NCBI RefSeq assembly: GCF_963921235.1
Contig: NC_086097.1
Span: 34,908,001-34,972,000, forward strand
DNA from: Mobula hypostoma
Taxonomy: Eukaryota
Direction: 5' to 3'
DNA: 64,000 bases
Within the stretch, counting starts at the first letter, position 1. Every line of letters begins with the position of its first letter. Made by a program: the position numbers and the translations under genes. Of the stretch, positions 13,591-25,804 are shown in pieces. The notes under the pieces are model-generated. The model did no database searches. It saw only the letters and a program-made list of their open reading frames with translations, and was not told where the DNA came from.

Positions 13591-14458
13591 CTTTTCACAC
13601 AACTAAAATCCAATAACCTTTATCTGAAGGAAAGCTTATACTGTTGAAGATTCTCATGAAGAAATTATACAGGAGGCTTTACAACTTGAAGCTGGAGGGA
13701 ATTGCTACCATCACAGCTTGTTGCGAGAATTATGGTAGGTGAGAATTAAAAAAAATACTGGATATGATATGAACACACGTTAAGATTTAGCAAGTGGTAA
13801 AGACTTTACAAAGATTTTTTTCCAGTTTCTTCTTTCCCAAGTAAAAGATTAAAGCACTTCAAACTTCAGGAAGTTCCAAAAGATGGCATCCCACAGTCCC
13901 AGTGCATCTATGAAGTGCTTGAATGCTTGGAAAAAATATTTCACTTCTGCTTGAACTGCAGAAGCTTATCTTGTACTGAATGAATTATAGAGGGTTTTGT
14001 TTCCTTGACTATTCCTCGAGAGCCCTCATTGAGATGGGCTTTACACATGTAATTCAGGTAACGTTGATTGATTAAAGCTCCTTTGGAGTACGTCTCAAGT
14101 CAAGGAGATGCGAGTTCAGCAGCACTTCAGGTGTCCAGTGTTTATGGTCATTATTTTATGTTCTGTTTATGAGATGTATAAATGGTTTGGACAGATATAT
14201 ATAGGAGGCTGATCAATGAATTTGCTGCAGAGTGGATAGTGAGGGAGATTATCAACTAATGCCGGATATAGATCAGTTGGAAATATGGGCAGGGAAATAG
14301 CAGATGTAGTTTAATTCAGACTTTGGGAAGGTCAAATGTTAAAGGAAAGTATGCAGTAAATGGCAGAAGCTTTGGGAGGTTTGATGTACAGAGTGATCTT
14401 GAAGTGCAAGTCAATAGCTCCTTGAAAGTGGCAATGTAAGTAGATTAAAAAGCTGTGC

Positions 14459-14585
14459 TGGCTGGCTGGTGTAGTGGCATCAGCACTGAACTTTGAGGCA
14501 AATGGTCCTGGGTTTGAATCTTACTGGCTCCTTGCGCGCTTTCTATCCGTGCTGGGTTGAGCGTCGAGCTGGCGACCTTGTAAAC
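14459..14585 (+). mobile_element. tRNA-derived SINE, 5' part
   Basis: A-box TGGTGTAGTGG and B-box GGTTTGAATC; homologous to 33803-33930. Confidence 0.75.
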
Positions 14586-14733
14586 CAAGATTAGAGAGTA
14601 TTAACTATAATGCAAGTTTGGACAGACCTGGTGATGAACTTGATGCCCTTGAGGCTATTGTTGCAAATGATATGAAGACGGCTGGAGGGGCAGGTAGTGT
14701 TGAGGAAGCAGAGAGTCTGTGAAGGACATAGAT

Positions 14734-15397
14734 GCAGCTCGCAGCGGCCACTCCAGTGGTGATGTCTGTTATCTATCAAGTAGGGTGCCGTGCACAATCC
14801 TGATTTGATGGATACAGATGCAAGAGCATGGAGGAACATCTGGTGAAACTTCTGAAATGCCTGCTTCGCTGCCGCTGCTGCTGTGTGATCCAGAATCTCT
14901 GGAGGGGAAGGCCCCAAGTCCTCAGCTTCGCTTGTTGCTCAGCGGCCAGGGCGGGGTCAAAGCGCTCGGAAGAGAATGGCGCTCGGTGCTCAGTGTTGGA
15001 GCGCTGGTCAGAGGCTCGAAATTTTCGGACGGACTCGGAGTCCGCTGCGGTCGAGTGCTTCCAATGGTGCTGCATCGGCAAGTTTCTGGTGCTTGGAGAT
15101 TCGTGGCAGGGAGAGTTTCTCCCTTCTACCATCTGCGTGAGGTGATGAGGCTATCGGGACTTGAGACTTTTTTTTTACCGTGCCCATGGTCTGCTCTTTA
15201 TCAAATTACGGTATTGCTTTGCACTGTTGTAACACTTTTTTATAATTATGTGGTTTTGTCAGTTTTAGTCTTGGTTTGTCTTATGTTTCTTGTAATGTCA
15301 GTCTGGAGGAACATTGTATCATTTTCTAATGCATGCATTTCTAAATGAAAATAAACAAGGACTGAGTGTCCTCATAATCTAATCTAATCTAATCTAA
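14734..15397 (+). mobile_element. Non-autonomous retroposon with (AATCT)n tail
   Basis: Interrupts a CR1; AATAAA followed by AATCT repeats at the 3' end; second copy inverted at 62531-63120. Confidence 0.75.
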
Positions 15398-15599
15398 TTA
15401 GGAGAATGAGCAAAGAAGTGTAGGAAATAAAGGTGTAGACTATTTTCTAAGGAGATAAGTCAAAGATTAGAGATGCAAAGGGAACCATAGAACACTACAA
15501 CACCAAAAACAGGCCATTCGGCCCTTCTAGTCTGTGCCAAAACTTTATTCCGCTAGTTCCATTGACCGGCACCCAGTCCATAACCCTCCAGACCTCTCC

Positions 15600-18429
15600 C
15601 ATCTATCCAATTTATTCTTAAAACTTAAGAGTGAGCCGGCATTTACCACATCAGATGGCTGCTCAATCCGCACTCCCAACCACTGAGTGAAATAGTTCTC
15701 CCTAATGTTCTCTCTAAACCTTTCACCCTAAAGCCATGTCCTCTTGTACTCATCTCTCCTAACCTAAGTGGAAAGAGCCTACTCACATTTACTCTGTCTA
15801 TACCCCTCATAATTTTGTAAACCTCTATCAAATCTCCTGTCATTCTTCTATGCTCCAAGGAATAAAGTCCTAATCTGCTCAATCTTTCCCTGTAACTCAA
15901 CTCCTGAAGACCCGGCAACATCCTAGTAAATCTTCTCCGCACTCTTTCAATCTTACTGATATCCTTCCTATAGTTAGGTGACCAGAACTGCACACAATAC
16001 TCCAAATTTGGCCTCATCGATGTCTTATACAACCTCACCATAACATCCCAACTTCTACACTCGATACTTTGACTTATGAATGCCAGGATGTCAAAAGCAT
16101 TCTTTACAACCCTGTCTACCTATGACGCCACTTTCAGGGAATTATGTATCCGAACTCCCAGATCCCTTTGTTCCTCGCACTCCTCAGTGCCCTACTATTT
16201 ACTGTGTATGTCCTGCCTTGATTTGTCCTTCCAAAATGCAACACCTCACACTTGTCTGCATAAAATTCCATCTGCCATTTTCTGGCCCATTTTTCCAGTT
16301 GGTTCAGATCCCTCTGCAAGCTTTGAAAGCCTTCCTCGCTGTCCACAACGCCTCCGATCTTAGTGTCATCAGCAAACTTGCTGATCCAATTTACCACATT
16401 ATCATCGAGATCATTGATATAGACAACAAACAACAATGGTCCTAGCACAGATCCATGAGGCACACCACTAGTCACAGGCCTCCAGTCTGGGAAGCAATCA
16501 TCCACTACCACTCTGTCTTCTCCCACACAACCAATTTCAAATCCAGTTTACAACCTCTCCATGGATACCTAGTGTCTGAACCTTATAAACTAACCTCCCA
16601 TGTGGGACCTTGTCAAAGGCTTTACTAAAGTCCATGTAGATAACATCCACAGCCTTTCCTTCATCTACTTTCTTGGTAACCTCCTGGAAAAACTCTACAA
16701 GGTTCATTAAACATGATCTACCATGCACAAAGCCATGCTGACTATCCTTAATCAGCCCTTGGCTGTCCAAATACTTGTATATCTGATCTCTCAGAACACC
16801 TTCCAATAATTTACCTACTACTGATGTCAGGCTCATTGGCCTGTAATTACCTGGTTTACTTTGAGCCTTTTTTAAGCAACGGAACAACATGAGCTACCCT
16901 CCAATCCTCCGGCACCGCACCCGTGGCTAAGGACATTTTAAATATTTCTGCCAGGGCCCCCACAATTTCTACACTAGTCTCTCTCAAGGTACGAGGAAAT
17001 ATCATGTCAGGCCCGGGGGAATTTATCTACCTTTATTCACTGTAAGGCAGCAAGCACCTCCTCCTCTTTAATCTCTATATGTTCCATGACACCACTGCTT
17101 GTTTCCCTTCTTTCCATATATGCTATGCCAGTTTCCTGAGTAAATACTGATGCAAAAATACTGTTTTAAGATCTCCCCCATCTCGTGAGGCTCCACACAT
17201 AGACAACCACTCTGATCTTCTAGGGGACCAATTTTGTCCCTTACTATCCTTTTATTCTTAATATACCCTTAGAAACCCTTTGGGTTTATCTGCCAAAGCA
17301 ACCTCATGTCTTCTTTTTGCCTTCCTGATTTCCTTCTTTAGTATTTTCTTACATTTTCTATACTCTTCAAGTACCTCATTTGTTCTTTGTTGCCTCTACC
17401 TGCTATACACCTCTCTTTTTCCTTAACCAGATTGCCAATATCCCTTGAAAACCAAGGTTCCCTATGCCTGTTAACTTTGCCTTTAATCCTGGCAGGAACA
17501 TGCAAACTCTGCACTCTCAAAATTTCTCCTTTGAAGGCCTTCCACTTACTGAACACATCCTTGCCGGAAAATAACTTATCCCAATCCACTCTTCCTAGAT
17601 TCTTTCTCATTTCCACAAAATTGGCCCTTTTCCAATTTAGAACCTCAACTTGAGGACCAAACCTATCCTTATCCATAATTAATTTGAAACTAATGACATT
17701 ATGGTCATTGGACCCAAAATGTTCTCCTACTTCTGTCACCTGACCTGTCTGGTTCCCTAATAGGAGATCAAGTATTGCATCATCTCTCGTAGGCACCTCT
17801 ATATATTGATTTAGAAAACTTTCCTGAACACATTTGACAAACTCCAAACCATCTAGCCCTTTCACAGTGTGGGAGTCCCAATCAATATGTGGAAAGTTAA
17901 AATCCCCTACTATTACAACTTTCTGTTTCTTACATCGGTCTGCTATCTCTCTACAGATTTGCGCCTCCAATTATCTCTGACTATTGGGCTGTCTATAATA
18001 CAACCCTATTAGTGTGGTCACACCTTTCCTGTTCCTTACCTCCACCCATATGGCCCCTGTAAACAACCTCTCTGGGCTGTCCTGTCTATGCACAGCTGTG
18101 ATATTTTTCCTGACTAATAAAGCCACTCCTCCCCCTTTCATCCCTCCCCATCTGAAACAATGGAACCCTGGAACATTAAACTGCCAGCCCTGCCCCTCCG
18201 GCAACCAAGTCTCACTAATAGCAATAATGTCGTAATCCCACGTGCCAATCCACACCTTAAGATCATCTGCCGTACCTACAATACTCCTTGCATTGAAATA
18301 GATGCACCTGAGAACATTTCTATCACGTAGAAACCTTTGATTTCTGTCTATACATGCAGTCCTCACATGACCTCTCTCCTCCTCCACCTCACTATCTGCT
18401 CTTACACTCTGGTTCCCCTCCCCCCGCAA
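15600..18429 (-). pseudogene. CR1 ORF2 (AP endonuclease plus reverse transcriptase), disrupted
   Basis: Colinear fragments 17971-18429, 17338-17970, 16537-16890, 16134-16526 and 15643-16041. Confidence 0.9.
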
Positions 18430-18432
18430 ATC

Positions 18433-19364
18433 TAGTTTAAACCCCCCGGAGCAGCATTAGCAGATCTACCCGCAAGGATGTTAGTCCCCCTCCAGTTCAG
18501 GTGCAAACCGTCCCGTCGGAACAGGAACCAACTTCCTTAGAACAAAGCCCAATTGTCCAGAAACATGAAGCCCTCCCTCCTGCACCATCTCCTTAGCCAC
18601 ATGTTTAGCTGCATTATCTTCCTATTTCTATCCTCACTCGCACGTGGCACAGATAGCAATCCTGAGATTGCAACCCTGGAGGTCCTGCCCTTCAACTTTG
18701 CACCTAACTCCCTAAACTTTTTGCAGGACCTCCTCCTCCTTCCTGTCCATGTCATTGGTCTCTACATGGACCACGACATCTGGCTGCTCACCCTCCCTAT
18801 TGAGAATACCAAGAACTCGATCCGAGATATCACAGACCCTGGCACCAGGGAGGCAGCAGACCATCTGGGATTCTCGATCTCTCCCACAGAACCTCTTATC
18901 TGTCCCCCTAACTATCAAATCCCCTATCACTACTGCTCTCCTCTTTTCCCACCTTCCCTTCTGAGCTGAGGGTCCAGTCTCAGTGCCAGAGACGTGACCA
19001 CTACAACTTGTCCCTGGTAGGTCGTCCCCACCAACAGTATCCAAAACGGTATACTTATTATTGATGGGAACAGCCACAGGGGTGCTCTGTTCTCTCTGTC
19101 TATTCCCCTTCCCTCTCCTGACAGTCAACCAGCTACCTGCCTCCTGATTTTTAGGGGTGACTGTCTCCCTGAAACTCCTGTTTATTTCTGCCTCTGCCTC
19201 ACGAATGATCTGAAGTTCATCCAGCTCCAGTTCCAGTTCCCTAACTTGGTTTGTCAGGAGCTGCAGCTGGATGCACCTTTTACAGGTGTAGTCATCAGGG
19301 ACAATTGTGCTGTCCCTGTCTTCCCACATACAGAGCACTCAACTGCCCTAACTGTTGCCTCCAT
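18433..19364 (-). pseudogene. CR1 ORF1 (zinc finger/leucine zipper plus SGNH/GDSL-like esterase), frameshifted
   Basis: ATG at 19364 (MEATVRAVECSVC); ORF fragments 18712-19338 and 18537-18755. Confidence 0.8.
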
Positions 19365-21858
19365 TACCTACTCCTAAGTTAATTAAATTAATTAAGGGAA
19401 CTTACCCAGCCTTATCTCACTGGGAGCAAGCTCATCCTCAGCTCTGCTCACCGAAGCCTCTCGAGCTGAAGCCTCAAAGCTCCACTCCTACCCTGAGCCA
19501 CTCACACACTTGCCACTCCTCTTCAGTTACCCCTCCTTTTATTTGTCCCTGCCAATTATCTCAAGTACTCACTCCCTCTAATCAACTAATTAACACTCTG
19601 TTTAACCCTTCAGTTGCCCTCCACGCTCCTTTTTAAAGCACACTCACCTCAGCTGCTTTCCAGCACTCAGCACTCTCCCGAGCCCCTCACTCCTCCTCCC
19701 GCTGTGACGGTCCCGCGATCACACTTGGGAGTCCTCGTGCAGGATTCCCTAAAGGTTAACTTGCAGGTTGAGCTGGTGGTAAGGAAGGTAAATGCAATGT
19801 TAGCATTCATTTCAAGAGGGCTACAATATAATAAGGCATTGGTCAGAATGAACTTGGAGTACTGTGAGCAGTTTCAGGCCCCTTATCTAAGAAAAGATGT
19901 TCTGGCATTGGAGAGAGTTCAGAGGAGGGTCTCACGAGTGATTCCAAGAATAAAAGGATTAACATGAGGAGTCTTCAGCTCTGGGCCTATATTTGCTGGG
20001 GTTTAGAAGGATGTGGAGGGGGGAATCTAATTGAAACATATCAAATGTTCAAATCCCTATGTCGAGTGGATGTGGAGAGAATGTTTCCTATAGTGGGAAT
20101 TTTAGGACCAGAGGCCACATCCTCAGAATTGAAAGATGTCCATTTATAACAGAGAAGAGGAATTTATTTAGGCAGAGGGTTCAAAGTTTATCTTTGGGTC
20201 TGTGCAATACATTGCACTGATGGCTGTGGTTGCCAAGTCTTTGGGTATATTTAAAGCGATAGTTGATAGGTTCTTGAGTCAGGGCGTCATCAAAGGTTAC
20301 GGGGAGAAGGCAGGAGAGTGGGTTGAGAGGGATAATAAATCACCATGGTGGAATGGTGGAGCAGACTCAATGGGCCATTTGGCTTAATTCTGCTCCTTTG
20401 TCTTATGGTCTTAATGACTCGGGTTGTTTTCCCTGGACTGATCGGGCAAACTGATAAAGGCATTTAAAGTTATGAGATTGTGAAAGAATTGAATAATAGA
20501 GTGCCTGGCATTAGGATGGCGAGGGAAGGGAAGGACAAAAAAACGGTGTGCTGATGGATATGATTTTTAAATTTGGCATCTTGGCCATCACAGATATGAC
20601 AAACAAAGGGCCTGTTCCCATGTTGTCCTGCTCAATGTTCCATATAAGTTCTTTATTTGCAATAAGATTTTGTTCTGTAGGGTTTAAGGATAGATTTGGC
20701 GTGGATATTGAATATTATGTGGAGAAGGATATAAAGTTGTTGAGTTATTATTTAGAAAATTTCCAATCTAGTATTCTTTGATATGTTTAGAGTAGTTTTC
20801 TTTTTGTTTGGTACCATAAGAGGGCAATAAAGAACCTAAAATAGAGCCACAGTTTTGTATGAAAAGCCAATTCATTTTTATCCTTTGATTTTAAATGCTG
20901 GAAGCTGATCTTTTAACTCGCTATCGGACAGAAATTGCTCATCATCTCTAGTCATTTATTTTTGTTTCTAATATCACTTCAGGGACTGAGCCCACTTCTT
21001 TTTAGCCAACTTAAAATGCTCCACCTTTGTGGATATATTCATAGAGTGTTGAATGTTTATAAATTTACAGAATGAGTTAAAATAAAATGCATGAATCATT
21101 GAGCTATGATATATTTGTAATTTCCTCAAAAGAAGGCACAGATGGTTTGCATGGATAAAGAAACATTGTAATGCAGGAATACCTTAAACTTAAACTCAAT
21201 GCACAATGTTGGGATCTATTGGGACACAGTGATGTTATGGTAGTGGTCCAAAGTTGGAAAAAACTTCCTTCTCCAGCCGAGGTGAAAAATAAATATAAAA
21301 ATGTCAGAAGTTGCTCAGTGAACAGATCAGCTATAAATAATGCATGCACGTACACACAGGAATGTAATTTATTGTTTTTATGCTAGTTACTAGTTAGGGT
21401 TTGCCTTCGTTCAAGTTTGCAGGTACAGAACTCTGTAAGGTACAAATATATTACACAGAAGTGAGTTCAATGAGTTATTATTGAAAGGAAAGAGTACTCA
21501 GTCACTATATTTACTGGAGCAATCAATGCTAACAGATCTGTGAGAATAGACAATGCAAAGGTATTTAATGAATTTTGTAGTGCTGCTTCAGCTAGGTTGT
21601 TAACTGCTCAGTTAATAAAGACCATAAAACATAGGAGCAGAAATATATTAAAAAAATCTCGGGTCCCTGAGTGTCAGTGTTTCTCAACCTAGGGCTTCCA
21701 CGAGAGAGCATGATTTAAAAAAAAACAAATCGGTTTTATGAACTTGGCGCAATGCACAATGGGAGTACTGGCAGTGGTGGGCAGTGACTGAGCAGCCCTG
21801 TTGGTGGTCTCTCAGCCCAATATGGCAGTGCACTGTACAACCGTGTTTATTTGGTTGC

Positions 21859-22085
21859 AAACAACAGGAATACTGCAGATGCTGGAAATTCAAGCAACAC
21901 ACATCAAGGTTGCTGGTGAACGCAGCAGGCCAGGCAGCATCTCTAGGAAGAAGTACAGTCGACGTTTCAGGCCGAGACCCTTCGTCAGGACTGACAAAGG
22001 GTCTCGGCCTGAAACGTCGACTGTACCTCTATCTAGAGATGCTGCCTGGTCTGGTGCGTTCACCAGCAACTTTGATGTGTGTTGC
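21859..22085. mobile_element. Self-inverted Penelope-like terminal-repeat insertion (copy 1)
   Basis: ~97-bp inverted arms (21892-21988 and 21991-22087) plus a 33-bp one-sided tail; 13-bp TSD TTTATTTGGTTGC at 21846 and 22086. Confidence 0.9.
21956..21993 (-). ncRNA. Minimal type I hammerhead ribozyme motif, intact core
   Basis: Minus strand reads CAGTC-CTGACGA-AGG gtctcgg CCT-GAAA-CG-TC^GACTG: stem I CAGTC/GACTG, CUGANGA and GAAA boxes, GUC cleavage triplet. Confidence 0.8.
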
Positions 22086-22749
22086 TTTATTTGGTTGCGT
22101 CCATTTTCCCTTTTTGATGCGAGGTAGGGGAGGCCATTGATAATCAGTGAGCGCTGAATTGCACAGAAGGGAGGAGGGTTGGCTGATGAGGAGAGTGAAG
22201 TGTGTTTTCCAAGCATAGAAAGGACTCACCTAACTTGGGCTGTGACATCAGCTTCTCCCTCCTGAATTACCTCCCCCAACTTCCCCTTACGAAAATAGTA
22301 CGGTCAGATTTTGCTGAGCATCTTGAAGATGAAGAATAGCTTACTTAGCGGACATTTTTCATCATATGAACCAGTTGAACAAGTCTCTGCAAGGCCTTGG
22401 AGAAAAAGTTTTGACTTCAAGTGACAAGATTCTTGGATGTAAAAGGAAACTGGATCATGTTGCAAAAGGAAATCTTGAAATGTTTCCACTGCTGTTTGGG
22501 CTTGAGAGTGAGAAAGGATATCAGAAGGTCTTGAGACTTACTGAAAACCACCTGGAAAACTGCAGAAGACAATTGAACAATATTTTTCCAGTCTTTCAAC
22601 ACAAGTGAGGGACCCTTTCACTGAATCTTCTGCTCAGCCTGAGGACTTGACTTTGAGAGAGATGGAAGAACGTTGTGAGCTGCAGTCTGATCATGCAGTC
22701 AAGACGAGTTTTGGGTTTAAATTCAAAAGCCTTCTAACCTGAACTAAAG

Positions 22750-22963
22750 CAACACACATCAAAGTTGCTGGTGAATGCAGCAGGCCAGGCAGCATCTCTA
22801 GGAAGAGGTACAGTCGACGTTTCGGGACGAGAAGGGTCTCTTCTCGGCCCAAAACGTCGACTGTACCTCTTCCTAGAGATGCTGCCCGGCCTGCTGCGTT
22901 CACCAGCAACTTTGATGTGTGTTGCTTGAATTTCCAGCATCTGCAGAATTCCTCGTGTTTGCG
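22750..22963. mobile_element. Self-inverted Penelope-like terminal-repeat insertion (copy 2, opposite orientation)
   Basis: Inverted arms 22747-22833 and 22841-22927 plus a 36-bp tail; TSD TAACCTGAACTA(AAG) at 22735 and 22964. Confidence 0.9.
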
Positions 22964-23194
22964 TAACCTGAACTAAAGGTCTCTCTTAAACTGCCCCATT
23001 CAAATGATGGCCTTTTGTCAAATGCCTATTTAAGCAAAACACTGAGCAATGTTGTTTGAGTAGGCAACAGTGCCTTTTTATCAGAGAATACCTTTCTATC
23101 TGATACTGATAGTTTTATCTCAAACAATATCTTCTTTCATTGAATCGATTGCTAATCTCAACATTCAGATGTGACATTTGGTGGTTTGGTTTTC

Positions 23195-23545
23195 AAATCA
23201 GAATCAGGTTTAATATCACTGGCACATATTGTGAAATTCATTAACTTTACAGTAACAGTACAATGAAATACATGATAAATACGGGACAAAAACCCGAATT
23301 ACAGTAAGTATATATATGTAGTTAAGTTAAAATAAATTGTGCAAAAACACACAAAAAGGTTCATGTGTTCAGTGTCCCATTTAGAAATCAAATGATAGAG
23401 GAGAAGAAGCTGTTCCTGACTGGCTGAGTGTGTTGTTACAAGCTACTGTCTCTCCTTCCTGGCAGTAACGATATGGGAGCATGTCCTGGGTGGTGGGGGT
23501 CCTTCACGATGGACACCGCCTTTCTGAGGCACCACTCCTTGAAAA
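23195..23545 (-). mobile_element. Rex1/Babar-type LINE 3' end
   Basis: AATCAGAATCAG tail and AAGCTGTTCCTGA... 3' region shared with the Rex-type copy at 41.5 kb. Confidence 0.6.
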
Positions 23546-23744
23546 TGGCATATAAATTTTTTTAAAATGGTGAAATGTTGGAAGTGATGTAAGTGTTGAA
23601 TATATTAAAGTTCCAGTTGTCCTTTTTCACAGCAAATAAATACAATCAATTCAGCTGCTTTTAACATGCTCGACATGGAACCTCTGTACTCTGAGTAACT
23701 TCCCTGAGAAATATCCACAGGGAGCTCAAGAGTGTTGTACAAGT

Positions 23745-25078
23745 ATCATTAAAGAAGAAATAGCGAGGCATCTGGAAAGAAATGGATCCATCAGGCAGAC
23801 GCAGCAGGGATTCAGCAAAGGCAGGTCCTGTTTGACAAACTTACTGGTGTTCTTTGAGGATATAATGAGCACAGTGGATAGAGGGCAACAGATGGATGTC
23901 ATTTACTTGGATTTCCAGAAGGCATTTGATGAGGTGCTGCATAGAAGACTTAACAGGTATCCATAAGATAAGGAAGTATAGAGTTGGGGGTGATGTATTA
24001 GAATGGATAGAGGATTGCCTAACTAATAGAAAACACAGAGTTGGGAGACATGGGTGTTACTCTAGTTGGCAACCAGTGGAGAGCGGTGTGCCGCAGGGGT
24101 GGGTGCTGGGCCTGCAACTGTACATGATGTTCATTAACAATCTGGAAGAGGGGACAGAGTGCAATGTATCTAAGTTTGCTGATGATACTAAATTGAGTGG
24201 AAAAGCAAATTGTGCAGAAGATACGGAGAGTCTGCAGAGAGATATAGATCAATTAAATGAGTGGACAAGGGTCCGGCAAATGGAGTACAATGTTGATGAT
24301 GTGAGGTCATCCACTTTGGAAGCAAAAATGGAAGATCAGATTATTTAAATGCAAAAAATTGCAGCATACTTCTTTGCAGAGGGACTTGGGAGTGCTTGTG
24401 CGTGAATCACAAAAGGTTGGTTTGCAGATGCAGCAGGTTATCAAGTTGGGCTTCATTGCTAGAGGGATTGAATTTAAGAGTAGGGAGGTTATGCTGCAAC
24501 TGTACAGGGTACTGGTGAGGCCGCACCTAGAGTACTGTGTTCAGTTCTGGTCTCCTTACTTAAGGAAGGATATATTGGTTTTGAAGGCAGTGCAGAGGAG
24601 GTTCACCAGGTTGGTTCCAGAGATGAGGGGGTTAGACTATGAGGAGAGGTTGAATCGTCTGGTACTGTACTCGCTGGAATTCAGAAGAATGAGAGGAGAT
24701 CTTATAGAAACATAAAATGATGAAAGGGATAGATAAGATAGAGGCAGGAAAGTTGTTTTCACTGGTAGGTGAGACTAGAACTAGGGGACATAGCCTCAAG
24801 ATTTGGGGAGTAAATTCTGGATGGAGATGAGGAACTGCTTTTCCCAGACAGTGGTGAATGTGTGGAATTCTCTGCCCAATGAAGCGGTGGAAGCTACCTC
24901 AGCAGGTGTATTTAAGACAAGGTTGGATAGATTTTTGCACAGTAAGGGAATTAAGGATTATGAGAAAAAGGCAGGTAGGTGAAGATGAATCCATGGACAG
25001 ATCAGCCTTGATCTGCAGAGCAGGCTCAACGGACCGGATGGCCTACTCCTGCTCCGATTTCTTATGTTCTTATGTTCT
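23745..25078 (+). mobile_element. 5'-truncated CR1 LINE
   Basis: GVPQG, SKFADDTKL and [14 protein letters not shown] motifs; TTCTTATG-repeat tail. Confidence 0.9.
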
Positions 25079-25804
25079 AAGTATCAGTATGTTGAAGGAG
25101 CTATGGCAGGAAGAGGATGCCTCAGCTTGCTTCCCTTTGTAGGCAGAGGTATTAAGCACTTGGGTTGGGTCATAATGTTGCATCTGTACAGGAGATTGGT
25201 TAGACCACACTTGGAATAATATTTGCAGTTCTGGCCACTGCATTTGTGAAGGGATGTGGCAGTATTTGAAAGTTTGTCGAGAGAGTCACCAGATTGTTGT
25301 CTGGAATGGAGAGTTTTAGTTACATGGATAATTTGGGAATGTTCTCTGTGGAGTGCAAGAGGTTGATGGATAGTTTTAATAGAATTTTATAAAATTATGA
25401 AAATCATAGGATAGATAGATAGTCTTTTTACTGGATAGGGATGTCTAAAACTAGAGGGTATAGGTTTAAGGTGAGCAGGGAAATAATAAAGGGAGATCTG
25501 AGGACAAGCTTTGATAAAGCACTAGGGTAAAAGGAACAAGCTGCCGAAGGAAGCTGTAAAGGCAGGTACAATTACAATATTTAAAAGACATTTGAATCAG
25601 TTCATAGCGAGGAAAGGAGAAGAGGGATATGGGCTGGACAATAGTGGAGAGAGGCATCAGTATTGGCATAGGATGAGTAGTACCAAAGGGCATGGTAGAC
25701 TAGAACTATTATGACGTTTGTTATAAACAGTGCCTGAGGAAAGTCACCGGAAGCTCTAATGGGAGATTTACGATGGAGGAAAAATGAAGTAAGTTGTTTT
25801 TTTA

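Larger units (their letters stand above)
15484..19722 (-). mobile_element. Near full-length CR1 LINE (~4.2 kb): 5' UTR, ORF1, ORF2 and 3' tail; inactivated
   Basis: ORF1 Cys motif/leucine zipper (CKRCIQLQLL..ELELEL) and SGNH-like esterase (VVIGDLIVRG); APE (YFNARSI, ISETWL, VGDFNFP, NDHN); RT (KFADDTK); frameshifts and stops. Confidence 0.95.
14600..20415 (+). mobile_element. Host CR1 3' fragment, split by the insertions at 14734-15397 and 15484-19722
   Basis: RT sequence GATGCAAAGGGA resumes as CTTGGGAGTCCTCGTGCAGG across the 4.2-kb insertion; 3' end GTCTTATGGTCTT at about 20413. Confidence 0.8.
21675..22730 (+). mobile_element. hAT-Charlie/Buster-type DNA transposon remnant
   Basis: Starts CAGTGTTTCTCAACC (Charlie-type TIR); 22340-22700 encodes AYLADIFHHMNQLNKSLQG...ILGCKRKL, a hAT transposase C-terminal region. 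Confidence 0.75.

Noticed and set aside
21684..22940. Repeated ORFs such as LLVNAAGQAASLGR and SRPETSTVPLPRDAAW as a small protein family
   Set aside because: These are translations of the Penelope terminal repeat; they recur on both strands because of the palindromes
21859..22963. CRISPR-like array or classical DNA MITE
   Set aside because: No repeat-spacer periodicity; TSDs are long and variable, and the arms match GIY-YIG retroelement termini
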